This document shows, one piece after another, positions 10,215 to 20,550 of a DNA stretch of 64,000 nt. The translations under genes were made by a program, and so were the position numbers. Each line of letters begins with the position of its first letter. Positions within the stretch are counted from its first letter, which is position 1. This DNA comes from a virus (taxonomy: Duplodnaviria; Caudoviricetes). The stretch is from IMG/VR virus record IMGVR_UViG_3300050343_000089, positions 1,679 through 65,678 of that record, one strand, 5' to 3'. The notes under the pieces are model-generated. The model saw only the letters and a program-made list of their open reading frames with translations. It was not told the origin of the DNA and searched no databases.

Positions 10215-12230
10215 ATGCAATATATAGCTTATGACCAAACGCAATCAGATGGCGATTTGGCTTTTAAAATGGATGAAGATAGTGCTACTTTTTATCCTCA
10301 GGTAGGAGGACGAGTAACTTGGAGTCCTACTTTTATTACTGGGGGAGTGAGTACAAACAATAATGATAATGGTGGTATAACAACCCCAAATCTTACTGTT
10401 GGTTATACTTCTTTAAATCAAACTTATAATTTGGCTGTAGCAGGTACTGCTTTTTTTAATGCACCCTTGCTTTTAGATACTGTTTCAACACCAAGCACAA
10501 CAACTAACAAACTTTACAACGTAGGTGGCTCTTTATATTTTAATGGCTCTGCTGTTGGTGGTGGTGGAACTAGTACTACTATTAATAACAACGCTGATAA
10601 TAGAATCATTACAGGTAGTGGAACTGCTAATACTTTAAATGCAGAATCAGGCTTAACCTATAATGGTAGTGCTTTATCTGTATCAGGAACTATTATAGTA
10701 ACAGGAACTGTTGATGGTAGAGACATTGCTACAGATGGCTCAAAATTAGATGGCATAGAAAGTGGTGCTACAGCAGATCAAACGCAAGCACAAATAAATG
10801 CATTAGGTATAACTGCAATAGGTTTATCAGGTAGTCCAAATATTACAACAGGAACTATATCTTCAGGTGCTATTACAGCAAATGGTGGTAGCGTTCAGCA
10901 TGAATTTATATCTAGCTCTGATGCACCATTAATAACAAGGTCAACAGATGCAAGTTCAGGAATAGCTTTTACAGATAACAGTGGCACTAACTATATATTT
11001 TATAGAGGAAGTCTAAATCATTTCTATACTAATAGTGGCACTTTGGGAGTTGGTGCAGCATCAGTTGGGAGTGGACAGGCTCTAAATGTTGCAGGTGGTA
11101 TTGGTATATCAGGAACAACAGTAATAAGTTCAGGCCGTGCTGTAACAGCAGTTTCTTATGGTTCTCCAGCTAATACTCAAACACTTTACAATGGCTTTAA
11201 TGGTGTCCCAATGGTACAAGGTGTGAATGGAGCAGCTTATTACCATGGCTCAGACAATGGTGGGTATGGTATTGTTATACAAGGAGGACACCCTATATGT
11301 AAATCAGTCAAAATAGGTTCGGTTAATGCAGGAACAACAGTAATAGATTCCTCAAGAAACCTAACTAATATAGGAACAGCAACAGCAACACAATTCTTAG
11401 CTTCAGGTGGAGACAGTACACCTTCAGGAACTACTTTTAATAATGTATTTAAAGGTGTTAGTTCATATAGAACTGCTTATTTTGATGGTAATGGAAGTAA
11501 TTGCAGTGTTTGGTGGGGTGTAGGCAATAACCCTCATGCAGCACTTGATACTACTGATGGTAATTTAGCAACTTGGGCAAATGATTCTGTAGGAACTTGG
11601 CGTAAGATTACAGAGCATAGTGCTAGTGGTTTAAATGTTACAACTGGTAGTTTGTTAATAAATGGAACAACAGTAATAGATTCCTCAAGAAACCTAACTA
11701 ATATTGCTGATGCAACTGTAACTAGAATTAAAGTAGGTGGGAATTTTGGCAACTATCCAATTTCTGTTAGTAGCAATCAAAAATATGCTATTGGCTTTAG
11801 GAATACAGGTGCTACAAATGGTTCAACAAATTATCCATGGTTAGCACATGAGTCTGATAAATTTATAATACATTGGAACGGTATTGGAGATAAATGGAGT
11901 TTAGACCAAAGTGGTAATAGTGTTAATTCAGGCAACGTAACAGCCTTTTCAGACAAAAGACTAAAAACCAACATACAAACACTAGACAGTAAAAAAGCAT
12001 TACAAATGCGTGGTGTTAGCTTTATTAAAGATGGTGTTGAGGGTAGTGGTGTTATTGCTCAAGAAATAGAAGAAATAGCACCTGAATTAGTAATAACAGC
12101 AGATGATGAAATGGGTACTAAGTCAGTAGCTTATGGCAACTTAGTTGGATATCTTATTGAAACTGTTAAAGACCAACAAAAGCAAATAGATGAATTAAAG
12201 CAGAGGTTAGATAATGACCCTAGCAACTAG
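10215..12230 (+). CDS. Tail fibre/spike with C-terminal peptidase S74 intramolecular chaperone (copy A specific)
   Basis: G/S/T-rich; GTTVIDSSRNLTNI repeats; FSDKRLKTNI...GVIAQEIEEIAPELV...VAYGNLVGYLIE S74 motif. Confidence 0.85.
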   Translation: MQYIAYDQTQSDGDLAFKMDEDSATFYPQVGGRVTWSPTFITGGVSTNNNDNGGITTPNLTVGYTSLNQTYNLAVAGTAFFNAPLLLDTVSTPSTTTNKLYNVGGSLYFNGSAVGGGGTSTTINNNADNRIITGSGTANTLNAESGLTYNGSALSVSGTIIVTGTVDGRDIATDGSKLDGIESGATADQTQAQINALGITAIGLSGSPNITTGTISSGAITANGGSVQHEFISSSDAPLITRSTDASSGIAFTDNSGTNYIFYRGSLNHFYTNSGTLGVGAASVGSGQALNVAGGIGISGTTVISSGRAVTAVSYGSPANTQTLYNGFNGVPMVQGVNGAAYYHGSDNGGYGIVIQGGHPICKSVKIGSVNAGTTVIDSSRNLTNIGTATATQFLASGGDSTPSGTTFNNVFKGVSSYRTAYFDGNGSNCSVWWGVGNNPHAALDTTDGNLATWANDSVGTWRKITEHSASGLNVTTGSLLINGTTVIDSSRNLTNIADATVTRIKVGGNFGNYPISVSSNQKYAIGFRNTGATNGSTNYPWLAHESDKFIIHWNGIGDKWSLDQSGNSVNSGNVTAFSDKRLKTNIQTLDSKKALQMRGVSFIKDGVEGSGVIAQEIEEIAPELVITADDEMGTKSVAYGNLVGYLIETVKDQQKQIDELKQRLDNDPSN

Positions 12231-12792
12231 CGGAACTATGGCTATTGGTGGTAGCACCCAAGATAGATCAATTAACTTAGAGCTAAAAAGAGCAGCTACA
12301 GCTACATCTAATATGAATGAAACTAGTCTAAGGGATTTAGCAGATGTATCTTCAGGTTCAATATCTATGTCTAACTTTTATGGTAAAAGTATATATAAGT
12401 TTCAAGCAGTTAATACATTACAGCAAAGCGTTTTTTTTGGTCAAACCTTTACAGGATATGCACCAAACATAGCAGGCAATACTTTAGGTTCTACAACAGA
12501 TTCTACTTGCGATTTATATAGTAATACTCCTACTTGGGGTCTTTACCATGTAAATACTAATAATACCTTTTTCTATATATATGATACTGTTGGAACTCCA
12601 ACAGGTAATGCAGGTTGGACTACCTTACATATATATAATGGACAACAAAATACACATGGTTTAAATACTTACAACACTTTTACAAGATCAAGTCTAAGTT
12701 ACACATCTCAAGGAGGAGCAAGGTTTTGGGATTTAGGAGTTACTGCATTTTCTATATCTGATGTTTGGGTAACAGTAGGATTTATAGAATGA
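12214..12792 (+). CDS. Tail-associated protein
   Basis: MTLATSG...SINLEL...ISMSNFYGKS N-terminus typical of proteins following S74 fibres. Confidence 0.6.
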   Translation: MTLATSGTMAIGGSTQDRSINLELKRAATATSNMNETSLRDLADVSSGSISMSNFYGKSIYKFQAVNTLQQSVFFGQTFTGYAPNIAGNTLGSTTDSTCDLYSNTPTWGLYHVNTNNTFFYIYDTVGTPTGNAGWTTLHIYNGQQNTHGLNTYNTFTRSSLSYTSQGGARFWDLGVTAFSISDVWVTVGFIE

Positions 12793-12977
12793 ATTATGAA
12801 ATTATAGAAATAGAAGGAATAAGGTTTTATATGGCTACAAGAACATCAGATGGAGCTATATTTGAAGTGCCTTGCGTTTTAGATGCAGATGGCAATATTA
12901 ATACTGATGCTACAAAAACAAAGATGGAGCAACATATAAAAGAGTCTGATGAATTAATAACTTATATAGGAGAATAG
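12789..12977 (+). CDS. Small hypothetical protein
   Basis: MNYEIIEIEG..., ATG overlaps the upstream stop. Confidence 0.5.
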   Translation: MNYEIIEIEGIRFYMATRTSDGAIFEVPCVLDADGNINTDATKTKMEQHIKESDELITYIGE

Positions 12978-12978
12978 A

Positions 12979-13230
12979 ATGGCAATAACATTAACAAGAA
13001 CAGTACAAAGAATAGAAACATATCCAGCAATGGAAGCACCTGAAGGCGAGGCAACTTACCCAACACTTATGGTTGTTTACAATGACTTATTTGATGATGC
13101 TGATGATGAACAATTACCAGTAACAGCAACTAAGGTTTTACACTTTAATAAAGGTGATGATGTATGCAAATGTAGGTATAAAATTAGTAGAAATAGGAAT
13201 TTATTATGGCACAACACGATTACAACATAG
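12979..13230 (+). CDS. Hypothetical tail-region protein, 3' end garbled
   Basis: AGGAG RBS; sequence after about 13160 is chimeric with the start of the next fibre gene. Confidence 0.5.
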   Translation: MAITLTRTVQRIETYPAMEAPEGEATYPTLMVVYNDLFDDADDEQLPVTATKVLHFNKGDDVCKCRYKISRNRNLLWHNTITT

Positions 13231-15767
13231 CTCAGGTAGAAGATAGCTATTGCTAGTACAAACAATAGCTGATGACTGCTATTTGGGCAGTTTATGTTTC
13301 AGGGATATCAGGCAACACCGCTACAGTAAGCAAGGCTAAAGCTGATGATGCTTCTAAAATGCCTGCATTTGGTCTAGCAATAGAAGATGCTAATGCTAAT
13401 AACAATTTACAAATAGTTACACTTGGTAACTTAACAAATATAGATACGTCTAATTTTTCAGAAGGGCAAATTTTATATGTATCTACAACCGCAGGTGAAT
13501 ATACAACCACAATTCCAAGTGGAGAGTCATCACAAATACAAAACATAGGTAAGGTATTAAGAAGTCATGCTGTTAATGGCTCAATCAGAGTAGGTGGTGC
13601 TGGTAGAAGTAACGCTACTCCTAACCTAGATAATGGTAAAATATTTATAGGTAATGGTTCTAATCAATCAACTACTGCAACTTTAGATACTTCTATTGTT
13701 GTTGAGAATACTAACCTTTACTATACCCAATCAAGATTTGATTCTGCTTTTACAGCCAAATCAACATCAGACCTTTTAGAAGGCACAAATTTATACTATA
13801 CAACAGCAAGAGCAAATACAGATTTTGATACAAGACTTGCAACCAAAGATACTGGAAATCTAGCAGAAGGTTCTAATCTTTACTATACAGATGCTAGGTC
13901 TTATACAGCTTTTGACACTAGATTAGCCACAAAAGATACAGATGACCTTTCAGAAGGTACTAATCTTTATTACACTCAAACAAGATTTGATTCTGCTTTT
14001 AGTAATAAGACAACTGCTGATTTAACTGAAAACACAAATTTATACTATACAGATACAAGGGCAAATTCAGCTATAGATGCTAGAGTAACTAAAGCATTTG
14101 TTGATGCTCTTAATGTTCAAGCAGCAAGCGTAGATGCCAATTCAGTAACACTTGGAACAGACACTGTTGGTAATTACATACAAACTATTACAGGAACTGC
14201 TAACAAGATCACTGTATCAGGAAGTGGTAGTGAATCAGCAGACGTAACATTATCATTACCTGATGATGTACAAATAGCTGATAGCTTAACAGTAGCAGGT
14301 AATTTGACTGTTAATGGTACTCTAACCTCATTAGACACAACGAATTTAGATATAGAAGATAACCTATTCCAGCTTAATGCTGGCCTTACAGGAAGTCCTG
14401 TTAATGACTCAGGTATGCTTATTAATCGTGGCAATCAAGACAATGGCATCATTATGTGGGATGAGTCAGTTGATAAATTTACAATGGGTCTTACTACAGC
14501 AGATGGCAGTGCTACAGGAAACATAACACTTAACTCACTAGGAACTTTAGTGGTTAATGTTGAGGGTAACTTAACAGGTAATGTTACTGGAACTGTCTCT
14601 AGCCTATCTAATCATGATACTGATGATTTATCAGAAGGCAGTAACCTTTATTATACTCAAGCAAGATTTGATTCAGCCTTTACTGCTAAGTCTACAAGTG
14701 ATTTATCAGAGGGTACTAATCTTTATTATACTGATGCTAGATTTGATACAAGACTTGCAACAAAAGATACTGGCGATTTATCTGAAGGCTCTAACCTTTA
14801 TTACACTGATGCTAGAGTGGATGCTCGTATAGCAGCTTCTAATTTATCCTCTTATACAACAGATATATTTACAGCTACTTCAGGGCAAACTGCATTTACA
14901 CTTTCTGCAAGTATTAGCAATGAAAATAATTTAATGGTATTTGTTGATGGTGTTTTTCAAGCACAAAATACTTATTCAACTTCAGGAACAACACTAACTT
15001 TTGCAACTGGCATAGTTTTAAATAGAGTTGTTACTGTATATCACATAGAAGATGTATCAATAGGAACACCATCAGACAATACTGTAACTACAGCTAAGAT
15101 AGTTGATGATGCTGTTACCTCAGCTAAGTTAGATACTAATTTAGCTGTTGCAGGTACATTAGATGTAGCAGGTGCGGTTGATGTTGGGAACTTAACAGTA
15201 AATAGTACACAGGGTACAGATGGACAAGTTTTAACTTCCACTGGTAGTGGTGTAGCTTGGGAAGATGCTTCAGGCGGCGGCGGCGGCGGTGGCGGTAGTG
15301 GTGTTCTATCAGGTGGTACTTCTATTTATTTACATAATAATTGGAGTAATCAAAACATTGGTAGAAACTCAGTAGTAAAACTAAATTATGACACAGTAGT
15401 TTTTGGAAATTCAGGAACACCTTTCAGCACAACCAATAATAACTACACAGCTCCATCAGCAGGTAAATATTTATTTTTAGGTCAAGTTAATAGTGCTAAT
15501 TTTGTTACAGGTGCTAATGCTCAACAAGTTTTATATGTGTACATTTATAAAAATGGTTCATCATTACAATATGACGAAGTGTATGAGAAATCTGTATCAG
15601 CAGACACAATTAGATATAAATCAATGTTTAACTATGTAGTTGATTTGGCTCAAAATGATGTAATTGACTTTAGGGCAAGGCTTAGTAATTTTGGCAGTTC
15701 AACAACTTTAGATATTGCCAGAGGTGAACAAAAAACATTCATGTACATAGTAAAAATAGAATCATAA
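13206..15767 (+). CDS. Long tail fibre with DLSEGTNLYYT repeats and C-terminal C1q-like domain; 5' part garbled or missing
   Basis: Start MAQHDYNIA at 13206 matches 46876; ORF 13272-15767; YTAPSAGKYLF...IYKNGS...LAQNDVIDF C1q-like pattern. Confidence 0.75.
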
Positions 15768-15780
15768 CAATAGGAAAAAA

Positions 15781-16110
15781 ATGGATATAGCAACAGCAAT
15801 ACATAACTTAAAACCTGAATACGAATTTGGAATAGAATATGTCGTAGAAGATATTGATGGAACACCAACTTTAAAATGGTTACAAGATATAGAAGACAAA
15901 CCAACAGATGAAGAAATAGATGCAGAAATTATAAAGTTGCAAGCTGATTGGGATAATCAAGAATACGTTAGAGAAAGAATAGAAAACTATCCCAGTATAG
16001 AAGACCAACTAGATATGCAGTATTGGGATTCTGTAAACGGAACAACAACTTGGGCAGATAAAATAGCAGAAATTAAATCTGCACATCCTAAGACATTGGC
16101 AAAAAATTAA
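15781..16110 (+). CDS. Tail fibre assembly chaperone-like protein (XkdW-like)
   Basis: KPTDEEI...YVRERIENYPSIEDQLDMQYWD pattern directly after a fibre gene. Confidence 0.6.
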   Translation: MDIATAIHNLKPEYEFGIEYVVEDIDGTPTLKWLQDIEDKPTDEEIDAEIIKLQADWDNQEYVRERIENYPSIEDQLDMQYWDSVNGTTTWADKIAEIKSAHPKTLAKN

Positions 16111-16125
16111 ACGAGGAATAAAATA

Positions 16126-18462
16126 ATGGCAAATACAAAAATCCCAATAGAATTATCAAGCACACCAAGTATTGTAGATAATGGAAATGCTACAGCTATA
16201 ACTATTGATAGTAGTGAGAACATATTGGTGGGTAAGAGTGTTGCTAATACAAGCACAGTTGGAATTGAGGCAAGAGAAAATGGTCTTTTAGTTGCAACAA
16301 GAGATGGTGGTCAACCTCTTTTAATTGACAGACTAACAAATGATGGTGATTTAGTTTTATTCAGAAAAGACAGCTCAACAGTTGGAAGTATTAGCAATTC
16401 AGGCACTAACTTAATTGTTGGTGGTAGTGGTACAAATAAATCAGGTTTTTATTTTGGAGATAGTGCTTTATTTCCTGTAAAAAATGGTAATTTATCTGCT
16501 TCAACTATTAGTTTCGGTAGTCCAAATTATAGATTTAAAGACCTCTACTTGAATGGAAAAGCTGATATAGATATTTCAACTGATGCTAGATTAACAATTA
16601 ATTCCGATATTGGAGAAGTTGGTGATGGTAATGTAGCTTTACAAGCAACAAATTCTGCTGGTTCAGCTTTGAAGCCAATGGGTTTTAGAGCAGAAGATAT
16701 AAGATTCGCTACAGGCTCAGCAGAACGCCTTAGAATAGACTCATCAGGTGATCTAAATATAGTCAATACTGGGCAAGCAAGTCTTAATTATACTACTGAT
16801 GGCTCTCTTGATTATGCAAGAATTACAGGTGGAAAATCAGGTTCAGGTGTAGGAGATTTAAGATTCTTTACATACTCAGGTGGTATGGCAGAACGCATGA
16901 GAATAGACTCATCAGGCAACTTGTTTGTGGGAACTACTGTAACTAATCCAGCAGGTAATAACTCTGTAGGTGTTGCTATTTCTTCTGGTTCGTATGGTGG
17001 ATTCATTGGTGTGACAAGAGATGGAAATACTCCTGTTGAAATTAATCGTAAGACTTCAGACGGAACTCTTATTACTTTCCGTAAAGACAGCTCATCAGTT
17101 GGAAGTATCTCATCTAATGGTGGTAGTGCTTCTTATAATAGTAATAATGGAGTTATTTATCTAGGTCACAACCAAACTAATCATTTTAAATTTTTAACAT
17201 CACAGGCTACTGGACAACCTCGTTTTGAACCAAGTGGTGATAATGCAATTGATGTGGGAAGAGCTGCATTAAGATTCAAAGACCTCTATCTTTCAGGTAA
17301 TGCTTATGTTGGTAACGCAGTAACATCAAGCACTGATGGCTCTTCTGATTTAAAACTAGAAGGTAATCAGCATATATTTAGAAAAGGCGTTGCTGGAAGT
17401 TATACAGAACGCATGAGAATAGACTCATCAGGCAATGTTGGAATTGGAACTAGTAGCGTAACGCAAGGTAAAGTAGATATATTAGCTGGTGGAGACTATG
17501 ATGCTCATACTGGACATGGTTTAACCATAAACTCAAGTGCAAATAACGCCTTTACATCTATGTATATGGGTGCTGATGATTCTGTTGATGCTGCTTATAT
17601 ACAATCAGCAGGAAGAAATACATCTTTTACTTCTAAGAAATTACTATTAAATCCTAATGGTGGCAATGTTGGAATTGGAACTGATAGTCCTTATAAATCA
17701 TTAACAGTCGGTGATTCAGATGCTTCTGCTTGGATAACATCAGGTGGTGCTAACACACACTTAACACTTTCGGCTAATGGTGTTTCAGGTGCAGTTATTT
17801 TTAGAACAGGTGGTACTAATGGTGACCCTTCTGCTACAACAGAACGCATGAGAATTGCTTCTGATGGAACTTTGCAAACTCGTTCATCTGATGGACTTGC
17901 TCCAACAGTAGGCAGTGGTTGTGTTTCTATATGGGGAAGAAGTGGCTCATCATCAACTGGTGTTTTAAGAGTTTATAAAACTGGAGATGATGGGCAAATT
18001 GTAGATTTTTATAGAACTGGTAATACATTAGTTGGTAATATTTCTGTAACATCATCAGCTACATCTTACAACACATCTTCAGACTACAGATTAAAAGAAA
18101 ATGTAGATTATGACTTTACTGCCCTTGATAGAGTTGCACAATTAAAACCAGCTAGGTTTAATTTTATAGCTGATGCAGATACAACAGTAGATGGTTTCTT
18201 AGCACACGAAGTACAAGATATAATACCTGAAGCTGTAACTGGCGAAAAAGATGCAGTTAAAGAAGAAGAATACGAAGTAACTCCAGCAGTATTAGATGAT
18301 GATGGTAATGTCATTACTGAAGCTGAAATGGGAACAAGAGAAGTACCTGATTATCAAGGCATAGACCAAAGCAAACTTGTACCTCTTTTAACTAAAGCTA
18401 TACAAGAACAACAAGAACTTATAAATAATTTAACTTCAAGAATAGAAGAGCTAGAAAATTAG
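16126..18462 (+). CDS. Tail fibre with ERMRIDSSGNVGIGT repeats and peptidase S74 chaperone
   Basis: YNTSSDYRLKEN...GFLAHEVQ...IDQSKLVPLLTKAIQE S74 motif. Confidence 0.85.
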   Translation: MANTKIPIELSSTPSIVDNGNATAITIDSSENILVGKSVANTSTVGIEARENGLLVATRDGGQPLLIDRLTNDGDLVLFRKDSSTVGSISNSGTNLIVGGSGTNKSGFYFGDSALFPVKNGNLSASTISFGSPNYRFKDLYLNGKADIDISTDARLTINSDIGEVGDGNVALQATNSAGSALKPMGFRAEDIRFATGSAERLRIDSSGDLNIVNTGQASLNYTTDGSLDYARITGGKSGSGVGDLRFFTYSGGMAERMRIDSSGNLFVGTTVTNPAGNNSVGVAISSGSYGGFIGVTRDGNTPVEINRKTSDGTLITFRKDSSSVGSISSNGGSASYNSNNGVIYLGHNQTNHFKFLTSQATGQPRFEPSGDNAIDVGRAALRFKDLYLSGNAYVGNAVTSSTDGSSDLKLEGNQHIFRKGVAGSYTERMRIDSSGNVGIGTSSVTQGKVDILAGGDYDAHTGHGLTINSSANNAFTSMYMGADDSVDAAYIQSAGRNTSFTSKKLLLNPNGGNVGIGTDSPYKSLTVGDSDASAWITSGGANTHLTLSANGVSGAVIFRTGGTNGDPSATTERMRIASDGTLQTRSSDGLAPTVGSGCVSIWGRSGSSSTGVLRVYKTGDDGQIVDFYRTGNTLVGNISVTSSATSYNTSSDYRLKENVDYDFTALDRVAQLKPARFNFIADADTTVDGFLAHEVQDIIPEAVTGEKDAVKEEEYEVTPAVLDDDGNVITEAEMGTREVPDYQGIDQSKLVPLLTKAIQEQQELINNLTSRIEELEN

Positions 18463-18500
18463 TATATAATTTAATTTTAATAAACTTATAGGAGAGACTA

Positions 18501-18761
18501 ATGAGTAACGAAGAAAATAAGATGGAAAACCAAGAACCAGTAATCATTACATTTAATGATGTTGAATACAGAGCTGCTGATCTAAATGAAGATCAAATGG
18601 CTATAGCTGCAAAGCTAAATGTAGCTGGTAAGAAATTAGCTAGACTTCAAGAAGCCTATGATGACTATGTAATCACAAATGAATATAAAAACATTTGTAT
18701 TGAGTCATTTGATAGAGCTGTTAATGTTGAAGATGTAGCTGAGGTAGTAGAGGAAGAATAA
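18501..18761 (+). CDS. Hypothetical acidic protein
   Basis: AGGAGAG RBS; conserved at 52351-52617. Confidence 0.7.
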   Translation: MSNEENKMENQEPVIITFNDVEYRAADLNEDQMAIAAKLNVAGKKLARLQEAYDDYVITNEYKNICIESFDRAVNVEDVAEVVEEE

Positions 18762-18997
18762 TGCCTAGAGTCACCGCACAAGATATCGGAGTTGAATTAG
18801 AAAAACACGAAATCCAATGCGGTGAAAGATGGACTCAAAATTGGAATAGACTGAAAAAAATAGAAGAACAAGTTAAAGATTTAGATGGTAAAACTGAAGC
18901 TAAACTTAACAAAATTGACTGGTCTATTAAAGTTTGGTTTGGGTGCAGTGATATTAATACTATTAAGTGGCATTTTACCTTGATTATTAAATTATGA
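18761..18997 (+). CDS. Coiled-coil plus transmembrane lysis-module protein
   Basis: HEIQCGERW coiled coil; copy B (52617-52853) shows the hydrophobic tail GLGAVILILLSGILTLII. Confidence 0.6.
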   Translation: MPRVTAQDIGVELEKHEIQCGERWTQNWNRLKKIEEQVKDLDGKTEAKLNKIDWSIKVWFGCSDINTIKWHFTLIIKL

Positions 18998-19365
18998 TAG
19001 ATAAACTAATCCAACCAGTCAGTGACATTTTAGATAAATTTGTTGCTGACAAAGATTTAAAAACAAAACTATCTCATGAACTTGAGAAGGAAATAATTTC
19101 GCTTAATAAAGCACAATTGGAAGTAAACAAAGTTGAAGCAGCACACAATAATGTATTTGTCTCAGGGTGGAGGCCTTTTATTGGCTGGGCATGTGGTGTT
19201 TCACTCGCTTATCATTTTATTATAGAACCCATTATTCAATACACTCTTATAGTCAACAACATTGACTACAATACACCTGAGTTTGATTTCAGCCAACTAT
19301 CAACAATCGTTATGGCAATGCTTGGGATGAGCGGCTTGCGAACTTACGAAAAAATTAAAAAGTAA
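18994..19365 (+). CDS. Holin (GTA 3TM holin family)
   Basis: NKVEAAH...FVSGWRPFIGWACG...MLGMSGLRTYEK. Confidence 0.85.
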   Translation: MIDKLIQPVSDILDKFVADKDLKTKLSHELEKEIISLNKAQLEVNKVEAAHNNVFVSGWRPFIGWACGVSLAYHFIIEPIIQYTLIVNNIDYNTPEFDFSQLSTIVMAMLGMSGLRTYEKIKK

Positions 19366-19366
19366 C

Positions 19367-19810
19367 ATGACAGATAAAATAAGAGAAATGTTAGTTAAGC
19401 ATGAAGGCTTACGAACTTTTCCCTATAAATGCTCTGAAGATAAATTAACAATTGGCATAGGTAGAAACTTAGAGGCAAATGGCATATCAGAAGATGAAGC
19501 TATGTATCTACTTGATAATGATATTAAAAGAGTCATAGAGAGCTTAGACAAGCACTGGCATGTTTGGAGAAGTTTCCCTGAACTTGCACAAATGGTTTGT
19601 GTTGATTGCACCTTTCAAATGGGCATAACAGGATGGATGGCTTTTAGACATACAAGAGCACTTATGGAAATGGAGTGCTGGATAGAAGCATCAGAAGAAA
19701 TACTTAGAAGTAAGTATGCAACACAAACACCTAATAGAGCAGCTTATAATTCAAGACAGTTAGCCTTATGTCAAAATGCCAAGAAAAACATCAGATCAAC
19801 ATCAGGCTAA
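19367..19810 (+). CDS. Endolysin, GH24 phage lysozyme
   Basis: HEGLRTFPYKC...LTIGIGRNL...SKYATQTPNRA. Confidence 0.85.
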   Translation: MTDKIREMLVKHEGLRTFPYKCSEDKLTIGIGRNLEANGISEDEAMYLLDNDIKRVIESLDKHWHVWRSFPELAQMVCVDCTFQMGITGWMAFRHTRALMEMECWIEASEEILRSKYATQTPNRAAYNSRQLALCQNAKKNIRSTSG

Positions 19811-20222
19811 TTCAAGACTAGGTGCTTTGGGTGAATCCTTAGTACAAACATTCCTTTTGGAATATGCAGACTTCTGCTTTCCAACCCAAGAAAAACATCC
19901 AGCAGATTTAATCGTAGAGTTTGGCAACGCTATATATACAGTTCAAGTTAAAAGTAGAAGAGCTACTAAAGAAAAGAAGTTTGTCTTTGCTGCTGAGAAC
20001 TCAAGATCAATGTCTGATACTTACAAGAACTATACTTGCGATATTCTAGCCTTTGTATTCTTCTTTGATGGTCAAAAGAGAATCATGTTTAAATCTAATA
20101 CATCCTCACAAAACTACTTTACCTTTGATAAAAAGATTATCACTGACACTATGGAATTAGATTCACTTCAAGAATCTCTCGATACCCTTAGCTCCGTACC
20201 TGTTCTTAACCCTATAATATAA
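19776..20222 (+). CDS. Free-standing PD-(D/E)XK endonuclease (I-Ssp6803I-like homing endonuclease family)
   Basis: GALGE...HPADLIV...VQVKS motif; identical protein at 53657-54103. Confidence 0.7.
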   Translation: MPRKTSDQHQANSRLGALGESLVQTFLLEYADFCFPTQEKHPADLIVEFGNAIYTVQVKSRRATKEKKFVFAAENSRSMSDTYKNYTCDILAFVFFFDGQKRIMFKSNTSSQNYFTFDKKIITDTMELDSLQESLDTLSSVPVLNPII

Positions 20223-20225
20223 TCC

Positions 20226-20262
20226 TTGCTTATTATATAAATATGATTTAATATATTTATAT
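20226..20262 (+). promoter_or_regulatory. Probable rightward early promoter with operator half-sites
   Basis: TTGCTT followed by AT-rich ATATAAATAT and ATATTTATAT half-sites, upstream of a GAGGAG RBS. Confidence 0.5.
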
Positions 20263-20281
20263 TAATTAGAGAGGAGTTAAT

Positions 20282-20371
20282 ATGACACATGAACTTATGA
20301 TGAGACTAGCACTACTAGGAATGATAGTGTGCTTATGGTTAATTTACTTATTACAAAAAGGGGGTATGTAA
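20282..20371 (+). CDS. 29-aa membrane peptide MTHELMMRLALLGMIVCLWLIYLLQKGGM
   Basis: GAGGAG RBS, TAATG coupling to the next gene, identical at 54163-54252. Confidence 0.6.
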   Translation: MTHELMMRLALLGMIVCLWLIYLLQKGGM

Positions 20372-20550
20372 TGGATATACATTTACACGAAGTTGGCAAG
20401 GTCAGACCATTGATCTTAACTAAAAGGCAAATAAGGGGTTACTACAAAGACTACCTTACTGGCGAGAACAAAGTGCAAACAGCAAATGAAGAATATGTTG
20501 TTAGAGACTCTTTGACAGAAATTGCATATTTAATGGGTGAGCAAAGATGA
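20371..20550 (+). CDS. Hypothetical protein (MDIHLHEVGK...)
   Basis: Translationally coupled; identical in copy B (54252-54431). Confidence 0.65.
   Translation: MDIHLHEVGKVRPLILTKRQIRGYYKDYLTGENKVQTANEEYVVRDSLTEIAYLMGEQR

Noticed and set aside
13150-13295. Scrambled junctions (also near 10150-10215, 49390-49480, 52090-52320, 53275-53335) as recombination products
   Set aside because: They interleave fragments of neighbouring genes out of frame, typical of mixed-strain consensus
10215-18462. Diversity-generating retroelement or shufflon acting on the fibres
   Set aside because: No reverse transcriptase, invertase, adenine-specific TR/VR pair or inverted cassettes seen
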